Shown: positions 25,146-39,414 of the stretch, piece after piece
Layout of the letters: every line of letters starts with the position of its first letter
How positions within the stretch are numbered: the first letter of the stretch is position 1
Assembly (NCBI GenBank): GCA_951406725.2
Contig: OX597816.1
Span: forward strand, 180,730,001-180,794,000
DNA length: 64,000 nt
Source: Octopus vulgaris
Lineage: Eukaryota
Direction of reading: 5' to 3'
Program-made: the position numbers and the translations under genes
The notes under the pieces: model-generated
Database searches by the model: none
Told to the model about the DNA's origin: nothing
What the model saw: only the letters and a program-made list of their open reading frames with translations

Positions 25146-26479
25146 GGCAGGAATATCATCTTGTTTAACCACATTATTGATGACAACTGGTGCAGACCGT
25201 TGATGATGTGTGGTTGCTGGGTTGCTTGTGTTAAGCTGATCAATGATAATATATTGTAAATGTCTGAGTCGTCAGAGTCGTAATGGATGGCTTCATCACC
25301 ATTGTTGTGCTGTAGTAGTGTGGAATGCTGATGGCTGCGTGAATAATAACTGAAGCAAACTCACAAACCTTAAACTTGAATATTTATTGCCAAACATGAT
25401 GTTTTGTTTTGACTATTTACAATGAAAAATGTTAATAGTATAATTGCTGGCTGGAAGATGAGAAAACTGATGTGCTGTCGAAAGCTATTAATGAGACATC
25501 GTGTGAATGTTCAGAATCAGTCTGTCCGTGGTACACAAAGTCATATGTGCATTTGTGTATTTCACAAATAAAACTTAAACTAATTAACTCATTATTTTGT
25601 GTCTTTTCTTTTTACATCCATTGCCTACTTTTGGCCACCCCATTATTGCCCCACCGCCTACTTTGGGATTTCACTGGTCTAATGCCATACTTTATTCCAA
25701 CCACTTTACAGAGTGTACTCGGTGCTTTATCACAGCACCTGTTTGACCGATAATAAGAGACAGAACAAGAAATGAAAAGTAATGAAAGTAGATGCTGGTA
25801 AGGGTGCATGAGAGAGTGGGAGATAGATAGATAGAGAGAGAGGGGGGGAGAGAGAGAGATTGACATCAATAACAGAGTATAAGGAAGAGTGCAATGGGGA
25901 GAGAGAAAGATGGTTAGCTATAAAAAAGCATGATGGCTGCAAGCAAATCCATAACCATCTCTCAATGAGCACCATCACGCAGCATCATATGGTGAAAGAG
26001 AAAGTAAATAAAAGGCTAACAGAGAGAGAAAGATGAGAGAAGATGGAGATTTAACAGGAACATACTGGATAAAAGATTCCTATGTCAGTCTCATACATCA
26101 CCAGAATGTTTTTCTAGGCTTCAATCAGTGCACAAGTTTTCTTTAACACTACATATCACCATCCATCAGTCTTTTGTTACCTCACTTGTGACTTGCTGCC
26201 TCTTGAGATTAGTCTCTACCATATCATCGTATGTCTTCCTACATCTTTCCTCTTCCATATATTCCAGCCACTTAGAACACTAGGAACTGCTTTCAATGCA
26301 ATCAACATTCTCTATACACATCACTTAGCGCTGTCTGTTTCCTCTCTTGCCCAGTACATTTAATTCCTCTTTTATCCAGCTCTTTCCTCAGCTGTTCTGT
26401 ACTCTAGCATTCATGCACATTCAGCACATTACACATTCAGCAGAATATGCCTGATTCATTATATATATATATATATTCT

Positions 26480-26700
26480 AAGGCAGCAAACTGACAGAAT
26501 TGTCATCCTGCCAGGTAAGACACTAAGCAACATTTTGTCCATCTTCATATTCTGAGTTCAAATTCTGCCAAGAACAACTTTGCCTTTCATCCTTCCAGGG
26601 TCGATAAATGAATCCCAGGTGAGCACTGGGAGTCAATATAAACAATCAACCCCCCTTTCCCAAAATTTCAGGCCTTGTGCTTGTAGCAGAAAGTATTATA
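26480..26700 (+). mobile_element. SINE family C
   Basis: ctgagttcaaattctgcc...ctttgcctttcatccttccagggtcgataaa. Confidence 0.8.
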
Positions 26701-26721
26701 TATACATCTGTATGTATATAT

Positions 26722-27272
26722 AGGGAGGCAAAGGAAAGTGATTGCGTCACTCATAGCCTCTCCTCTCCAGGTGTAATGATCGCTGCAGAACTTCTACTTG
26801 GCTGCGCCTTGTGGAAAGTTCTTGCTAATGGCCTCTCCTGCACTACTGTGTCCACAGCAGCACCTTCACGCGGTACCCCCTGTTCTCACTGAGCCTGCTG
26901 TGTGGCGCGACCGGGTGCTTGGCGGTATAACCAGGTGGGCAGACTGGGCTCGTTAGCCTTGGTTGGCAGCCAGTCTAGGAGAAGGAAAACTCTGACTCCA
27001 AACCCTCGCTCCGCTGCCTTGCGGATGCTCTTGGGAGAGGGAAAGGCTATGGGAGTAAACCCAGACAGAAAATCCGGAGTGGAGCCCCGAAGGCGGTAGG
27101 GTGTCGAATCTCGACCCCTTTCCGGCAACTCCTGCAGCCAACCAGACTCCAAACGTACTGCACTGCATTCCTTTGGATTATGTCTGGGGGGCCGAGAGGG
27201 AGATTCTGGTGTCTGGGCAGCCCAGTTTCTTCGTTTCTACCGCCCAGGCTTGCGCCATGGAGAAACTACTCC
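26722..27272 (+). mobile_element. GC-rich young insertion resembling an RTE 5' UTR / non-autonomous RTE
   Basis: Contains ccagtctaggagaaggaaaactctgactccaaacc, recalled as a motif of RTE-clade 5' UTRs; sits in a TA/TG tract. Confidence 0.5.
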
Positions 27273-27863
27273 ATCGATGTATATATGTATATACACCAGT
27301 GCCTACAAAGCATACATGCACACACATATATTGTTTTAAAAATAGCTTCTCCAGAATCTCTCGTACAAAGCCAATCTTGCTGCCATTCAGTCTTATTCTT
27401 TGTATTTGAGCATCATACTTTTTACCCTGAGAGAGGAATATTTTGATACTAGCAAAGGCATTCACTCCTGGAATTTTCTCTTACCAATTCTTACCCTAAC
27501 CACTATGTTTTGGGGATAGCTACCGGCAGTCGCTAAGTAGGTCAGTTGGGTATATAAAAGAATCTATTTCATATGTACTTTTAATGCTGAATGTTCCTGT
27601 GCATTTGCCACATATGAAATCTCCCTTCCCTGTCAGCCTGCCAGTTATCTTGCTATGCCTTCTGGGCATCTTGTGGATTCACAAGAAGCATAGGTTATAC
27701 TTAGTAGACCACATGAAATTCCTAGTCTTTTCTAGGACTAGGAAAAGATTAAAAAAATCTAACACTTTTCTGCATATTGAACATAGTCATTTCCCTAATA
27801 GCAGCCCAATCAGAGATGTATGCACATGCACACACACATGCACACACATACACACACACGCGC

Positions 27864-27928
<65 letters not shown>

Positions 27929-28395
27929 AACACACACACAAATATATATGTGCATATGACGATGAAGATGATGATGGGTACTGCCATAGGGAATGATATA
28001 TGAGCACTCAGTAATAATATATATATAAAGGAATGTTGTTAGCAAACAAGCTGTAAAGGAATTAGCTTCAAGTGGAGTTGTAAGTGGAATAAATTTGAGC
28101 TGAGCCACCCACCCTCTTCTCAATGTCTAACCTGAACTGATATACAGGGAACCACATCTCAGACACAAAAGGACACATGCCAGGGAAGGTAGGAATGAAT
28201 GTCCAAAACAACACATTGACGTCTATTTACTTTACCATTTCAGTGTATAGATATGTGTGTATATATGTTTGTGTGTCTGTGTTTGTCCCCCCAACATCGC
28301 TTGACAACCGATGCTGGTGTGTTTGCATACAACCATATAATGTGTAAGCAAGCTACTTACCACACAACAATATATATATATATACTTATATACAT

Positions 28396-28435
<40 letters not shown>

Positions 28436-28869
28436 TATCATATTTAATAATTATATACATAGTTATAACAAGGGATCCGCTTTATGCCTCACCATGCACC
28501 ACAATAAATAGATGCTAAAGTCCTTTTTACCACCTTAAAATCTCCGAGAATAACACATTTTTATTGTAGGCAAGCAAAAGAAAAATAATGAATCAACAAG
28601 GCTGGTTAACTATGTACGCGTTTCAAGCTTAAAGTAAAAAATAATTTTACTTACTGGTAACTCTTTGCGAAGTATCTTTCAGAAATTGATTGTCTCTCTT
28701 ATATCCATTGGTCACGAAAAAATTTTTTAATATTGCTTTTTATATTAGATTCACATCTTTGAAAGTTTAAAAAAATATTTACATCCAGTTTTCTGGCACA
28801 AACTCTGAAAAATGGTATCTTTGTAAAAACTTGTATAACATGACATGTACCTTGATGTACCCCTTTGAT

Positions 28870-30173
28870 TATCCAGCAGGGTTACTTTGAACGCCATTCA
28901 AAATAACCCTGATCACTGTTTTCGGCAGTAAGCAAGCTGCTACTACCCAATTCCACACATATGCTTCAACCACTTGATGTGGCATTCTATGGGCTTCTTA
29001 AAAAAGTTGGAGAAAAGTCTTAAATGATTGGAAGGTTTATGGCAGGAAGAACACAAAGACCTTAACTAAAGATGCTTTCCTGCTCTGCTCACACAGCTGC
29101 ATGCTGTTCCCTTTCCTGATGGGGTCACTCACAGCAAGAATCTGGAAAGCGGGTTCATGAAATGTGGAATTCACCCTTTTCATCCAGACAAGGTTTTGGA
29201 TCAGCTCCCAGACCATGAAGTGAGCAAAGAAGACGATGAAGTCATCAGTGTAAGAGTTTCAGATGTTGTGTTGGGAATGCTAAAGTCAATGAGAAGACTG
29301 GATGAGAGCAGACCAAAGAAGAGATAAAAGAAGTTGACCATTACCCTTGGCAAAAGTATAAGTGCTGTGGACATCAGTGCTTCTGGTAGTGAAACGATGA
29401 CCACCAGTTCATCAACAGTTATAGAGAAGCATGGAGAAAGAGAGCAGCAAGAGAATTTGCATGATAGAGAGCTAAACTCCGTGGATAGGGATGTTTCTAT
29501 GAATGAATATGGCAGGCACCCCAGGACTTCAGACATGGCAAGAGCAGAAAACACAGAAAGACAAAAGTAGTTTTGTTGGAAACTTTGTCATTGAGAGGTA
29601 GGAAGGGTGAACATTTCCCGGTCAAGTGATCTCAACTGGATGTGATGGAGCACTTGTGTCATCATTGACAAAATGTAAAAAGATAGGGTGGAGGTGGTCA
29701 CTGAAGGGGGATAAACTTAACTAAGACTGGGAAGATGTGGTAGAAATGAAAACAAAAGAGATTCTACTGAACAACAGGGGTTTCTATCGATTCCCTGACC
29801 TTGAACAAGAATGGGTAAAAATCAAGTGTGACATTTTGATAACTGTGTGACATTTTCTTTAGTGCTGTAACACTTAAAGTTGTTCATTGACTTTTCTTTT
29901 GTATTTGTCAATAAAAAAACCTTTGTTCACTGTTGTACCACATAAGAGTAACATTACTGTTCAAAGTAACCCCAAATCAGGGGTTATTTTGAACAGTGAC
30001 AGTTATATAAAAAACGTAATCAAATATTGACTGCAACTTATTTTTATTTCATATATCAGTTTACCTATTTAGTTCCCCAAACATAGTCAAATTTGGTTAA
30101 GATTGAATATAAGGTTATGAAATTATTGCAATAAGAAGTCCAAAACTGTTCTAAGTAACCCCATTTCATGGTA
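28870..30173 (+). mobile_element. pogo-like (DDE_1) DNA transposon, internally deleted
   Basis: NLESGFMKCGIHPFHPDKVLDQLP; repeated terminal/subterminal motif ggggttactttgaacag at 28878, 29958-29996 and 30146-30172, ending ...catggta. Confidence 0.7.
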
Positions 30174-30374
30174 TTAATGCTTTAGCATTTAACCCAACCA
30201 TATCCAGCCAAAGCATTCTACTTGTTTTTACCTTCGAACAGGCCAGATATACTCTAATATATTATTCTAAAATTAAATAATCACGTCATTGAAATTTCAA
30301 AGCTCTAAGGTAATGCATGACTAATTCAAATCAATGTGACATTTGACAGCGAAATCTGAATGCTAAAGGATTAA
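30174..30374. mobile_element. piggyBac-like MITE
   Basis: ttaatgctttagcatt...aatgctaaaggattaa TIRs with TTAA. Confidence 0.65.
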
Positions 30375-32010
30375 TAATGATATCCAACATTTTGGGAGAA
30401 GGGTAAAATTTTTAAAAAAAACCTAGTACTTAAGAAAAGTTGACTTTAATGCGATTTTGAATGTAAACTGACATAACTAAATAGCACAAAGCATTTTCTC
30501 CAATACACTAATAAGAAACATTTTTATTAGTCTGTGAAATAATAGTGTTCTTTTGCGTCTAATGCGTGACCGATGCACTTCTTGACACTAATCACTCAAT
30601 ATCTTCTTTTTGTTCAGTCAGATAATCTGAAGCAGAGTTAAATATACTTTGCAGATGGAAACAAAGCAGCATCAGTCATTAACATTTGAACTCATGACCT
30701 TGTGATAAGTAATCCAGAACATTAATCTCATAGCCATTATACCTCTGAAACAAACAGTTATTTGTACTCACTTTGTGTCTCTTTTTTTTAAATAGTATTT
30801 GTCACCACGGTACCACAGCTACAAGCACACAGTTATCACATGGATGTGTACTTCATTTTTATTTTGTCATAAATATGTATTTATTTTCATCACTTACATT
30901 TTGAAAAAAGAAATATGTGAGTATAAAAATATAAAGATTAAATGTTTTCTGAATGGAACTTTTTACTCTACATAACTTTTCTGTTAGGAAGAGCAATACA
31001 GGCATATCTTAACTTATGTCAGTGATTGGGTCCAAGACCTGCATATTAACTTTGAAAATGATGTAACATGAAAAGCATTTAAAACAATTTATTAGCACAT
31101 ATTTGTTTTAATAAATGATTTGTACATATTCTCATCATCATCATCATCCTCATCATCATCATCACTTAACGGCTGTTTTCCATGCCAGCATGGCTTGGAC
31201 AGATTGACAGGGATATGCAAGGCCAGGGCTGCACCAGGTTCCATAATCTGGTTTGACTTGGTTTCTACAGCTGGATGCCCTTCCTAATGCCAACCACTTT
31301 ACAGTGAGTACAAAGTGCTTTTCATGTGGTGACATCACCAGTGAATTTTATGTGGCACCAGTACCCAAACCAATATTTATGTGGCACCCTGGTTTTAGGA
31401 TCTCAGTCCAATCGTGGACAGGTCTTCTTGAGTGGTGGCCAGGTTTTCTCAAGTACAGCAATGCACCACATATTTTGGGTTCTGTCATCTCCTTCATAAA
31501 GTTCAGTATTTTGAGATTGACTTGGGTTTCCATGTTCCACAACTTCCTTGATTTTTTTCACCTCAGTATTGGTTTTTAGGTGTTTTTATAATTTTTATAC
31601 CTTTAAATATGTTTGCTGAAATCGACATAAAGTCAGATAAATTGACTGAAGTTGAGGGTTTGTTTTTTGTTTTTTTCATTAATTTCTTAGTAAAATGATG
31701 TAAAGTTAAAAAAAGGCATAACTTGAAATGACATAAGTTAAAGTATTTTTGTACTTGATCAACTTGATTCAGTTTCAAATTACTATTTACCATTCAGTCC
31801 ACCTAGCTATAAGGAATAGTTACCAGGTTTGGAGGGAAAGATGATCGATAGACTTGATTACCCACTGAGAGATACCTGTGGTTACAGATCATGAGGCTTT
31901 TGACTATCTATTACACCAGAACATGAGAAAAATCAATATTCATTTTTTTCATGTTTTAATTCACCTTTCTTTGTCTGTATGTACACACACACACACACAC
32001 AACACAAACA

Positions 32011-32049
<39 letters not shown>

Positions 32050-32645
32050 ATCATCATCATCGTTTAACATCTGCTTTCCACGCTGGCATGGGTTGGACGG
32101 TTTCACTGAGGGCTGGTAAGCCATGGAGGCTGCACCAGGCTCAATATGATCTGGGAAAGTTCTTACTGCTGGATGCCCTTCCTAACGCCAACCACTTCGA
32201 GAGTGTAGTGGGTGCTTTTACATGCCACGAGCACGAGGGCCACCCAGGCAGTTCTGGCAACAGCCACACTCAAAAGGTGTTTTTTACGTGCTACCTGCAC
32301 AGGAGTCAGTCCAGCAGCACTAGCAACAACTATGCTTGAATGTTGTTTTTCACATGCCTCCGGCACATGTGCCGGTAAGGTGAAGCTGGCAACGATCACG
32401 TTTGAATGGTGCTTTTCACATGTCACCAGCACGGGAGCCAATCCACAGCCCTGGCAACGATCATGCTCGGATGTTCTTTTAACGATAGGCTTCTTTCAGT
32501 TTCCGTCTACCAAATCCACTCACAAGGCTTTGGTCAGCCCGAGGTTAGAGTAGAAGACACTTGCCTAAGGTCTCATGCAGTGGGACTGAACCCGGAACCA
32601 TGTGGCTGGTAAGCAAGCTACTTACCACACAGCCACTCCTACGCT
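32050..32645 (-). mobile_element. Composite SINE-A head plus RTE 3' tail
   Basis: SINE A head (32645-32480) is directly followed on the same strand by family-B sequence and a (GAT)n tail. Confidence 0.75.
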
Positions 32646-32649
32646 TATT

Positions 32650-34600
32650 TTAATCAATTCTTACGTATTTTCATGTCTTGAATCCAAATATCTCCTCGAA
32701 AAATGCTTATTAGCGATAGGCCTAAAGATACACGACATGTAAAATTTGATTATTTCATTATAACATACAATATGTGTCATTATGTTTTAAGCCCTAGTCT
32801 GTATCTGCTCACTGCTGTTTTGCTTGGCACTTAGTGGGCTGGAGAATCATCTCTTACCAATGTCCAGCAATAGTCTGCAAGCATTGTTGTGCTCTATTTG
32901 CCCTGGTACCACTCTTCCATGGTTGAAATATGTTTGTGAAACCTTTAACCATGTTTGTCACTAACTGCTTCCCTGTTCGCTGGAAAGAAGGTCTAAATAT
33001 GAGTTCAAAAATTAGATTTTAAGTGACATGTTACATTCCAACTTCTTGTAAACCTTGATGAATTTTTCCAGCACTTCTCCATAGTTCCCCTCCCTTCTAT
33101 TTCTGAGAAATTCCTTCATCACTAACTTGAATTCTTCCCAAGCAGCTTTCTCCTCCCCATGAATGACTGATTCAAAGTCTCCATCTTTAAAAAGCTCTCA
33201 AATCTGAGGACCAATGAAGATTCCCACCTGTATCTTAGCGTTGCTAAGTTAGGGGAAGTTTGACGTTAATTACTTGAATCCCTGACCAAATTTGTCCATA
33301 GCTTTTACAAAGTTTTCCATTGGCCCTAGTTTTATGTGTAGTGGTGATAGCAAAATTTTATTTGGTCCAGTGAGAGGTGGATGTTGAAGGCCAGGTAGAT
33401 AATGAATCCCAGGCTCCAATAACTGACGAAGTGGCCAGTCTCTCTTGCACAGCTGTCCCATTCATATAGAAAGCAGCAGTATTTGGTGTATCTGCTCTGT
33501 AAGACCATCACAAGAGCAACATCCTATAAGTCACCACAGAGCCGCCACTGATGTTCATCATATTTTATGCATTTCAACACATGCTTTATATTCTCAAGTT
33601 TCTTTCATATGTGATGCATAACAGACAGAAACTGATGGCTCACATTTGCCATTATGCAGCAAGCTACTTTTCAGATTGGGTTTTGGTGAATCTATGAATA
33701 GCCTTCAGTTCTTGGGTTCAATACCAAATGCTTCCATTATACCATTAATACTCTTGCAGGCAATTGAATTCCATTATGAAGAAATTGCTGAACTACTGAT
33801 GAGTCATGAAATTTTGAAATCTTCACATCAGTTGCAAGGAGATTCCACGGTTGAAAACGAGAGCCTAGCAGCTCTGCCTTATTCTTAGATAGTTGTAGAT
33901 CCCTGACAAGGTCATGGCATTCACCTTGTGTTATGAAATGTGGTCTAGAGGAGGGGCTGTTTCAAAATTTGTGTCACTCTGTAATCATGCTCTGTCATCT
34001 TACTCTGATTCCTCCTCAGCCATTTCTTCATTTGACTCAAAGTTGATGCGTCAGAAACGGGTAGACCTTCTCCATATGGAACTGGGTAAATAGCTGATGG
34101 AATGTTTGGATATTAAATAGACTCCTTTAGACTCCTTTTCTTCTTTGACTAGCCCTTTTTTTACTGGAGATACCATGCAGAAATAACAATTGTTGGTGTG
34201 GTCTTTTTGTGCCGCCATGTTATTAGCACAGCAAAAGGCATTCTTTTCCTCTTTCTTTTAACCATTGGTGAAGGCTAGTAGGACGAGTGTTGCAGCATAT
34301 GTGAGTAGCTCACTTCTTATCCTGGTCGCCAATCTTGCATCCAAAATATAGGTGATATGCCTTTCTAACCGTAGCATTCATATGGCACTTCTGTGATGCA
34401 AAGGTCACCTCAGCACAAATGTAGCAGAAGTTGCCTGCCTTATTCATACAAGTGCAAGACATCTGAGAGCAAAAACAAACAACAAACAATTGGAAGATAA
34501 ATAGAAAATTCATTCATAAATTCATCATTGCATGACAGAGCACGACAGCTTAACAGAAGTATTTATATCATTCAGTAGGAAAATAGAATCAATATAAAAT
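32650..34600 (-). mobile_element. Chapaev3-like DNA transposon, degenerate
   Basis: N-terminal NFCYICAE...AYHLYFGCKIGDQDK, then LSPLHIKLG.M..FVKAMDK, GIFIGPQIVRAF-like and MLADYCW motifs; the family assignment is from memory of these motifs. Confidence 0.65.
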
Positions 34601-36109
34601 GCCTCACATGCATATCAATGGCTTGCTCAATGAATATTTATAATAAGTTTAAAAAGTGTTTGACTATGAAAATCACCGACCTTTCACCTCAATATATAAA
34701 CTTGCACAGCATCACCACCACCACCTCCTATGACTGCTGGAACAATGCTGAAGTGCAGCGGGGGGACAGTAAGTGTAGTAAGAGACACATTGCTGTAAGG
34801 GGATGAATGTAAGTAAAGTGGGATAGAGGATTGGGCAGAGGGGTAAGTCTTATAAGAGTGTGAAGAGATAAGCTGGAGATGGGGTAGAGATGGCTGTAGT
34901 AAGTGACCATGAGAGATATAGGAGAGGTTCAAGTGGGGGGGGGGGCTATGGTAGATGGTATTGAGAGTTACAGCCAACCAATAAGAGGTGTTAAGGATGG
35001 AGTGGGGAGAGAGAGAGAGTGAGAGAAAGGGAGAGAGAGAGAGAGAATAATGGTTGCTAGATGTGATTTCTTGATGCCAATGACTCTTTTAGTGGTGAGC
35101 CATTTCTCCATGTGGGATTGTGGGAAAATATTCTTTCTTTTATTTAATTGCTTCTACACCTCCACCACTAAACCACTTTCAGAAGTAAATCATCACCAAC
35201 AATCTGTCTATTTTGTTCCAGCTAAAACTTAAGAAAGTTGAAGATTATGTAAAAAGAAAATGGCTTCTACTGAATCTCTTAAGTTTGGAAGACATGTTTA
35301 TCAGGTGATATAGCAAACCTCTTTCTTCACACATACATACACACATGCACACACATACACAAATGTACTCACATGCACACACATGCATATACACGAGCAC
35401 AGATGTACTTACACACACTTATGCACATAAGTGCACACATACACAACAAACACATGGTCATGTACGTTTTTTATATATAGCAACACAACCACAGTCTAAT
35501 CTAAATTTAGGATATCTATTAACACTTAATTATTTAAAGACAATGAATGTATTTAACACACCTATTAATAATGCCAAGCTTCTCACAGACATACCAGAAC
35601 TCACTGAAATTCATTTAGTACTTACTAGCTTCTGCCAAAAAGTACACAATGCTCGAACGTACAAGTAACTCGTCCTATCTTTTGATAAAAGTTCAATGTA
35701 TCCCTTGTTTAACACTTTCACATTCAGATTACTCTGTTGAATGTAATGCTTACTTGTTCAGATTGTTTTCAATTAATCAGACATTATCTTATCTTTGAGA
35801 TTTCAATGATGTTATTGTTTATTTTTAGAATGACATTGTAGGATATGTGTGAGAAGCCAGGTTTCAGCATGAAACAGGAAGAATATTTGGGCCAGATATG
35901 AATAGTTTAAATGCTAAAGGATGAAATAAAATATGATTTAAAAGTCAATATCTCTGACTAATAAATCAATCTCTCAGATCAATTTACTTGGTGCACAATA
36001 TACAATACTACAGTACCCAGACAGTTCCAGTTGGAACTGACAACCATCAGACAACCAGCTACAACAAGCTATTTGTTACCAAGTTACTCAGCAGCAAAAA
36101 GCCAGTTGA

Positions 36110-36320
36110 CATTAAACAGAACTGTAAGCAATTTGGGCAAAATGTTTAGTAGTATTTTTGTCCATCTTTACATTCTGAGTTCAAATTCCACTGAGGTCAG
36201 CTTTGCCCTTCATCCTTTCAGGAGTCAATAAAATAAGTACCAGTTGAGCACTAGAGTCAATGTAATCAACTTATCCCCACCCTTGAAATTGCTGGCCATG
36301 TGCCAAAATGTGAAACCAAT
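36110..36320 (+). mobile_element. SINE family C
   Basis: ctgagttcaaattccactgaggtcagctttgcccttcatcctttc. Confidence 0.8.
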
Positions 36321-37429
36321 ATCAAATTACTCGGCAGTAACAAACCATTCTATAACCAATCACTAAAACACAATAAGTTATTTAAAACCAAGGTACTCAG
36401 CAACAACAAGCCATCCAACAACCAATCACTCTGCAGCTATATATCAGTCAACTGTTCAGTGAATCAGCAGGGAGATACTCAGCCAACAATCAGTTACCAA
36501 GTCAGCTATTCCCCTAGGGGTGGAAGCCAGTCCAATACTCAGTTCATTCAAAAACTGTCACTCACTTGTAGTTAATCCTACTGCTCATGTTCTTTGACAT
36601 CTAAAACTTCCCTAACTACTACTGTCATGGTGGGAGGGTCTTCCTGAGTACAGCAATGCACCACAAGAGTATTGATATCCTGAAACTAAGGTATCACAAA
36701 AAAAGTATTGGTGTGGGTGCTAGTACCACATAAAAAGCACCCAGTACACTCTGTAAAGTGGTTAGCATTTGGAAGGACATTGAGCTGTAGAAGCCAAGCC
36801 AAAACAGACTATGGAACCTGGTGCAGCCCCTTGACCTTACCAGTTCCTGTGAAGCTGTCCAACCCATGCCAGCATGGAAAATAGACATTAAATGTTGATG
36901 ACCACCACCACTGTCACTGCCACTGCCATTACTGTTGAGTTATCTTTCTTGAAAATAAACAATGGCAGACAAAATGTTATCCTTACCTATTCCCTCTTAG
37001 CTACCCCTACTACAAACAATCACTGGAAAATGTCTTAGTAATCTGGGTGAAGATGGTCTTTGTTGTCATGGTGATTTGTAGATGGTCTTTCAACTTTCAA
37101 AATGGGAATTTGGCCATATTCACTCTGTGATGTAGTTCATCATTGACCATACATCAATTACTAATGTCATGTTGTGACACATAAAAGGCACCTGTGTTAG
37201 TGACACAATAAAGGCACACATGCCAGTGAAACACAAACAAGCACTCAGAATACTCTGCAGAGTGGTTGGTGTTAGGAAGGGCGTTCAGCCATAGAAACTA
37301 GGCCAAGGCAAACTGGTGCCTGATGCAACTCTCCGGCTTACCATCTCCAGTCAAATGGTCTAACCCATGACAGCATGGAAAACGGATATTAAATGATGAT
37401 GATGATGATGTCCATATAAGTAAAGTATC

Positions 37430-37730
37430 TTCTCTCCTTCAGTTTCTACACTTTGACAGCAATGGCCTCAGGTTGTATCACTTACCTCAAGTCAAGATTT
37501 GGCTGACAGAAGACTTCAGTTTTCTGGACATTAATTTTCAGACCTAATTTTATGACTGCACCATCAGAAGTATCCAACAAGCTTTGCTTGTTCTTGAAAA
37601 ACTGTGAAGACGAAGTGCATAATTATCAGCAAGTAATAATTCTCTCACAATCACAAATGGGGTTTTGGTATTAGTTATGAGTGGTAGGGGGGAACAACAC
37701 CTTAAACTGGTTAGCATCAGGAAAATAGGT
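37430..37730 (-). mobile_element. RTE-like RT fragment
   Basis: VRELLLADNYAL resembles the ELLFADDCAL motif. Confidence 0.55.
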
Positions 37731-37751
37731 TTAATTATAAACATAAACTAT

Positions 37752-37895
37752 AGGCACAAGTGTGGCTGTGCAGCTAAGAAGCTTACTTCCCAACTGTGGT
37801 CTTGGGTTTGGTTCTGCTGTGCAACATCTTGGGCATATGTTTTCTACTAAGCCTTGTGAGTAAATTTGGTTGATGGAAACTGAAAGAAGCTCATT
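37752..37895 (+). mobile_element. SINE family A head, diverged
   Basis: gtggctgtgcagctaagaagcttacttcccaac...ggaaactgaaagaagc. Confidence 0.75.
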
Positions 37896-38540
37896 GTATA
37901 TATGTATGTATATACAGTAATACCTCACTTTATGTGAGGTATTACTGTCAAATCAATCACACTTAAATTACATTTATTATAAAATTTCATTTATTTTTAT
38001 CTCTACATGTACAATTAAACAAATTAAGTATAATTTAAAGGAGAGATAGTTTGCAAGGCAAAATCATATAGTATAGGGAGCAATTCTTGTTTATTATGTA
38101 CTAGTGAATTTAAAGAAATAATATTTAATAATCATAATAAATTAGTTAATTCATTGAATGAGTGTAAAATTAAATGTAGACATAAATTATTTTACTTATA
38201 TAATAAATTTTTAGATAAATAGCCAGTATATTTAAACCCTATTTTTGTTACTAATTTGTTTGTAGTTATAATTTGTAGTAGTATTAATTCAATAAATTAG
38301 CATGTGATTATATATTGTATATTACATAATTAAATAAGTCTGAATTAAATATTTATTATTAAATAAATAAATTAATAAATTAATTAATTAATATAGTGTT
38401 GTTGTTGTAGCTTTGTAGGGGTGTTTTGAATATAAGTCAACAAGGGTTTTTTACATACTTAGAATTAGATTATACTTTGATGTTTATTTAATAAATATAT
38501 AATTTGATTAATGAATATAGATTAAAAGATAGTAATTTTA

Positions 38541-38543
38541 TTA

Positions 38544-38607
<64 letters not shown>

Positions 38608-38610
38608 TTA

Positions 38611-38656
<46 letters not shown>

Positions 38657-38677
38657 TTATTTTTATTATTATTATTA

Positions 38678-38726
<49 letters not shown>

Positions 38727-38740
38727 CATTATTATTATCA

Positions 38741-38798
<58 letters not shown>

Positions 38799-38830
38799 CA
38801 TTATTATTATTATTATCATTATTATTATCA

Positions 38831-38882
<52 letters not shown>

Positions 38883-38896
38883 CATCATTATTATCA

Positions 38897-38945
<49 letters not shown>

Positions 38946-38950
38946 CATCA

Positions 38951-39005
<55 letters not shown>

Positions 39006-39025
39006 CATTATTATTATTATTATCA
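38541..39025. repeat. (ATT/ATC)n microsatellite
   Basis: Directly visible. Confidence 0.98.
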
Positions 39026-39153
39026 TACTTATTATATGTGTACTAAAATCTAAAGTATTGAGTACTATTATTTTGGGAAATAGTTTGTAACGTAAAATAC
39101 CTTTGAATACGTTGTAAAAAGTTTTTTTATGTACTATTTTATTTAATAATAAT

Positions 39154-39414
39154 GCCGCTGACACGTTAAAATGCTCGAACCGATCGTGACGATGCCGGAC
39201 CCTCCGGCCCCTGTGCAGGTGGCACGTAAAAAGCACCCAATCCACTCACGGAGTGGTTGGCGTTAGGAAGGGCATCCAGCCGTAGAAATTCTGCCAGATT
39301 CAGACTGGAGCCTGGTGTGGCCCCTGGCTTCCCAGACCCAATCAAACCGTCCAACCCGTGCTAGCGCGGAAAGCGGACGTTAAACGATGATGATGATGAT
39401 GATGATGATGATGA
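39154..39414 (+). mobile_element. Young RTE 3'-end copy (family B) with (GAT)n tail
   Basis: CpG-rich; taaaaagcaccc...ggttggcgttaggaagggcatccagcc...cggacgttaaacgatgatgat. Confidence 0.85.

Noticed and set aside
28612-28690. GAAACGCGUA stem-III-like motif on the minus strand
   Set aside because: Upstream core is non-canonical (CUGAAAGA) and stem I does not pair.
30766-30900. Minus-strand GTGAGT donor with nearby ATGs
   Set aside because: The ATG-initiated frames close within a few codons.
38541-39245. 234-aa poly-Ile ORF
   Set aside because: Translation of an (ATT)n microsatellite plus RTE tail.
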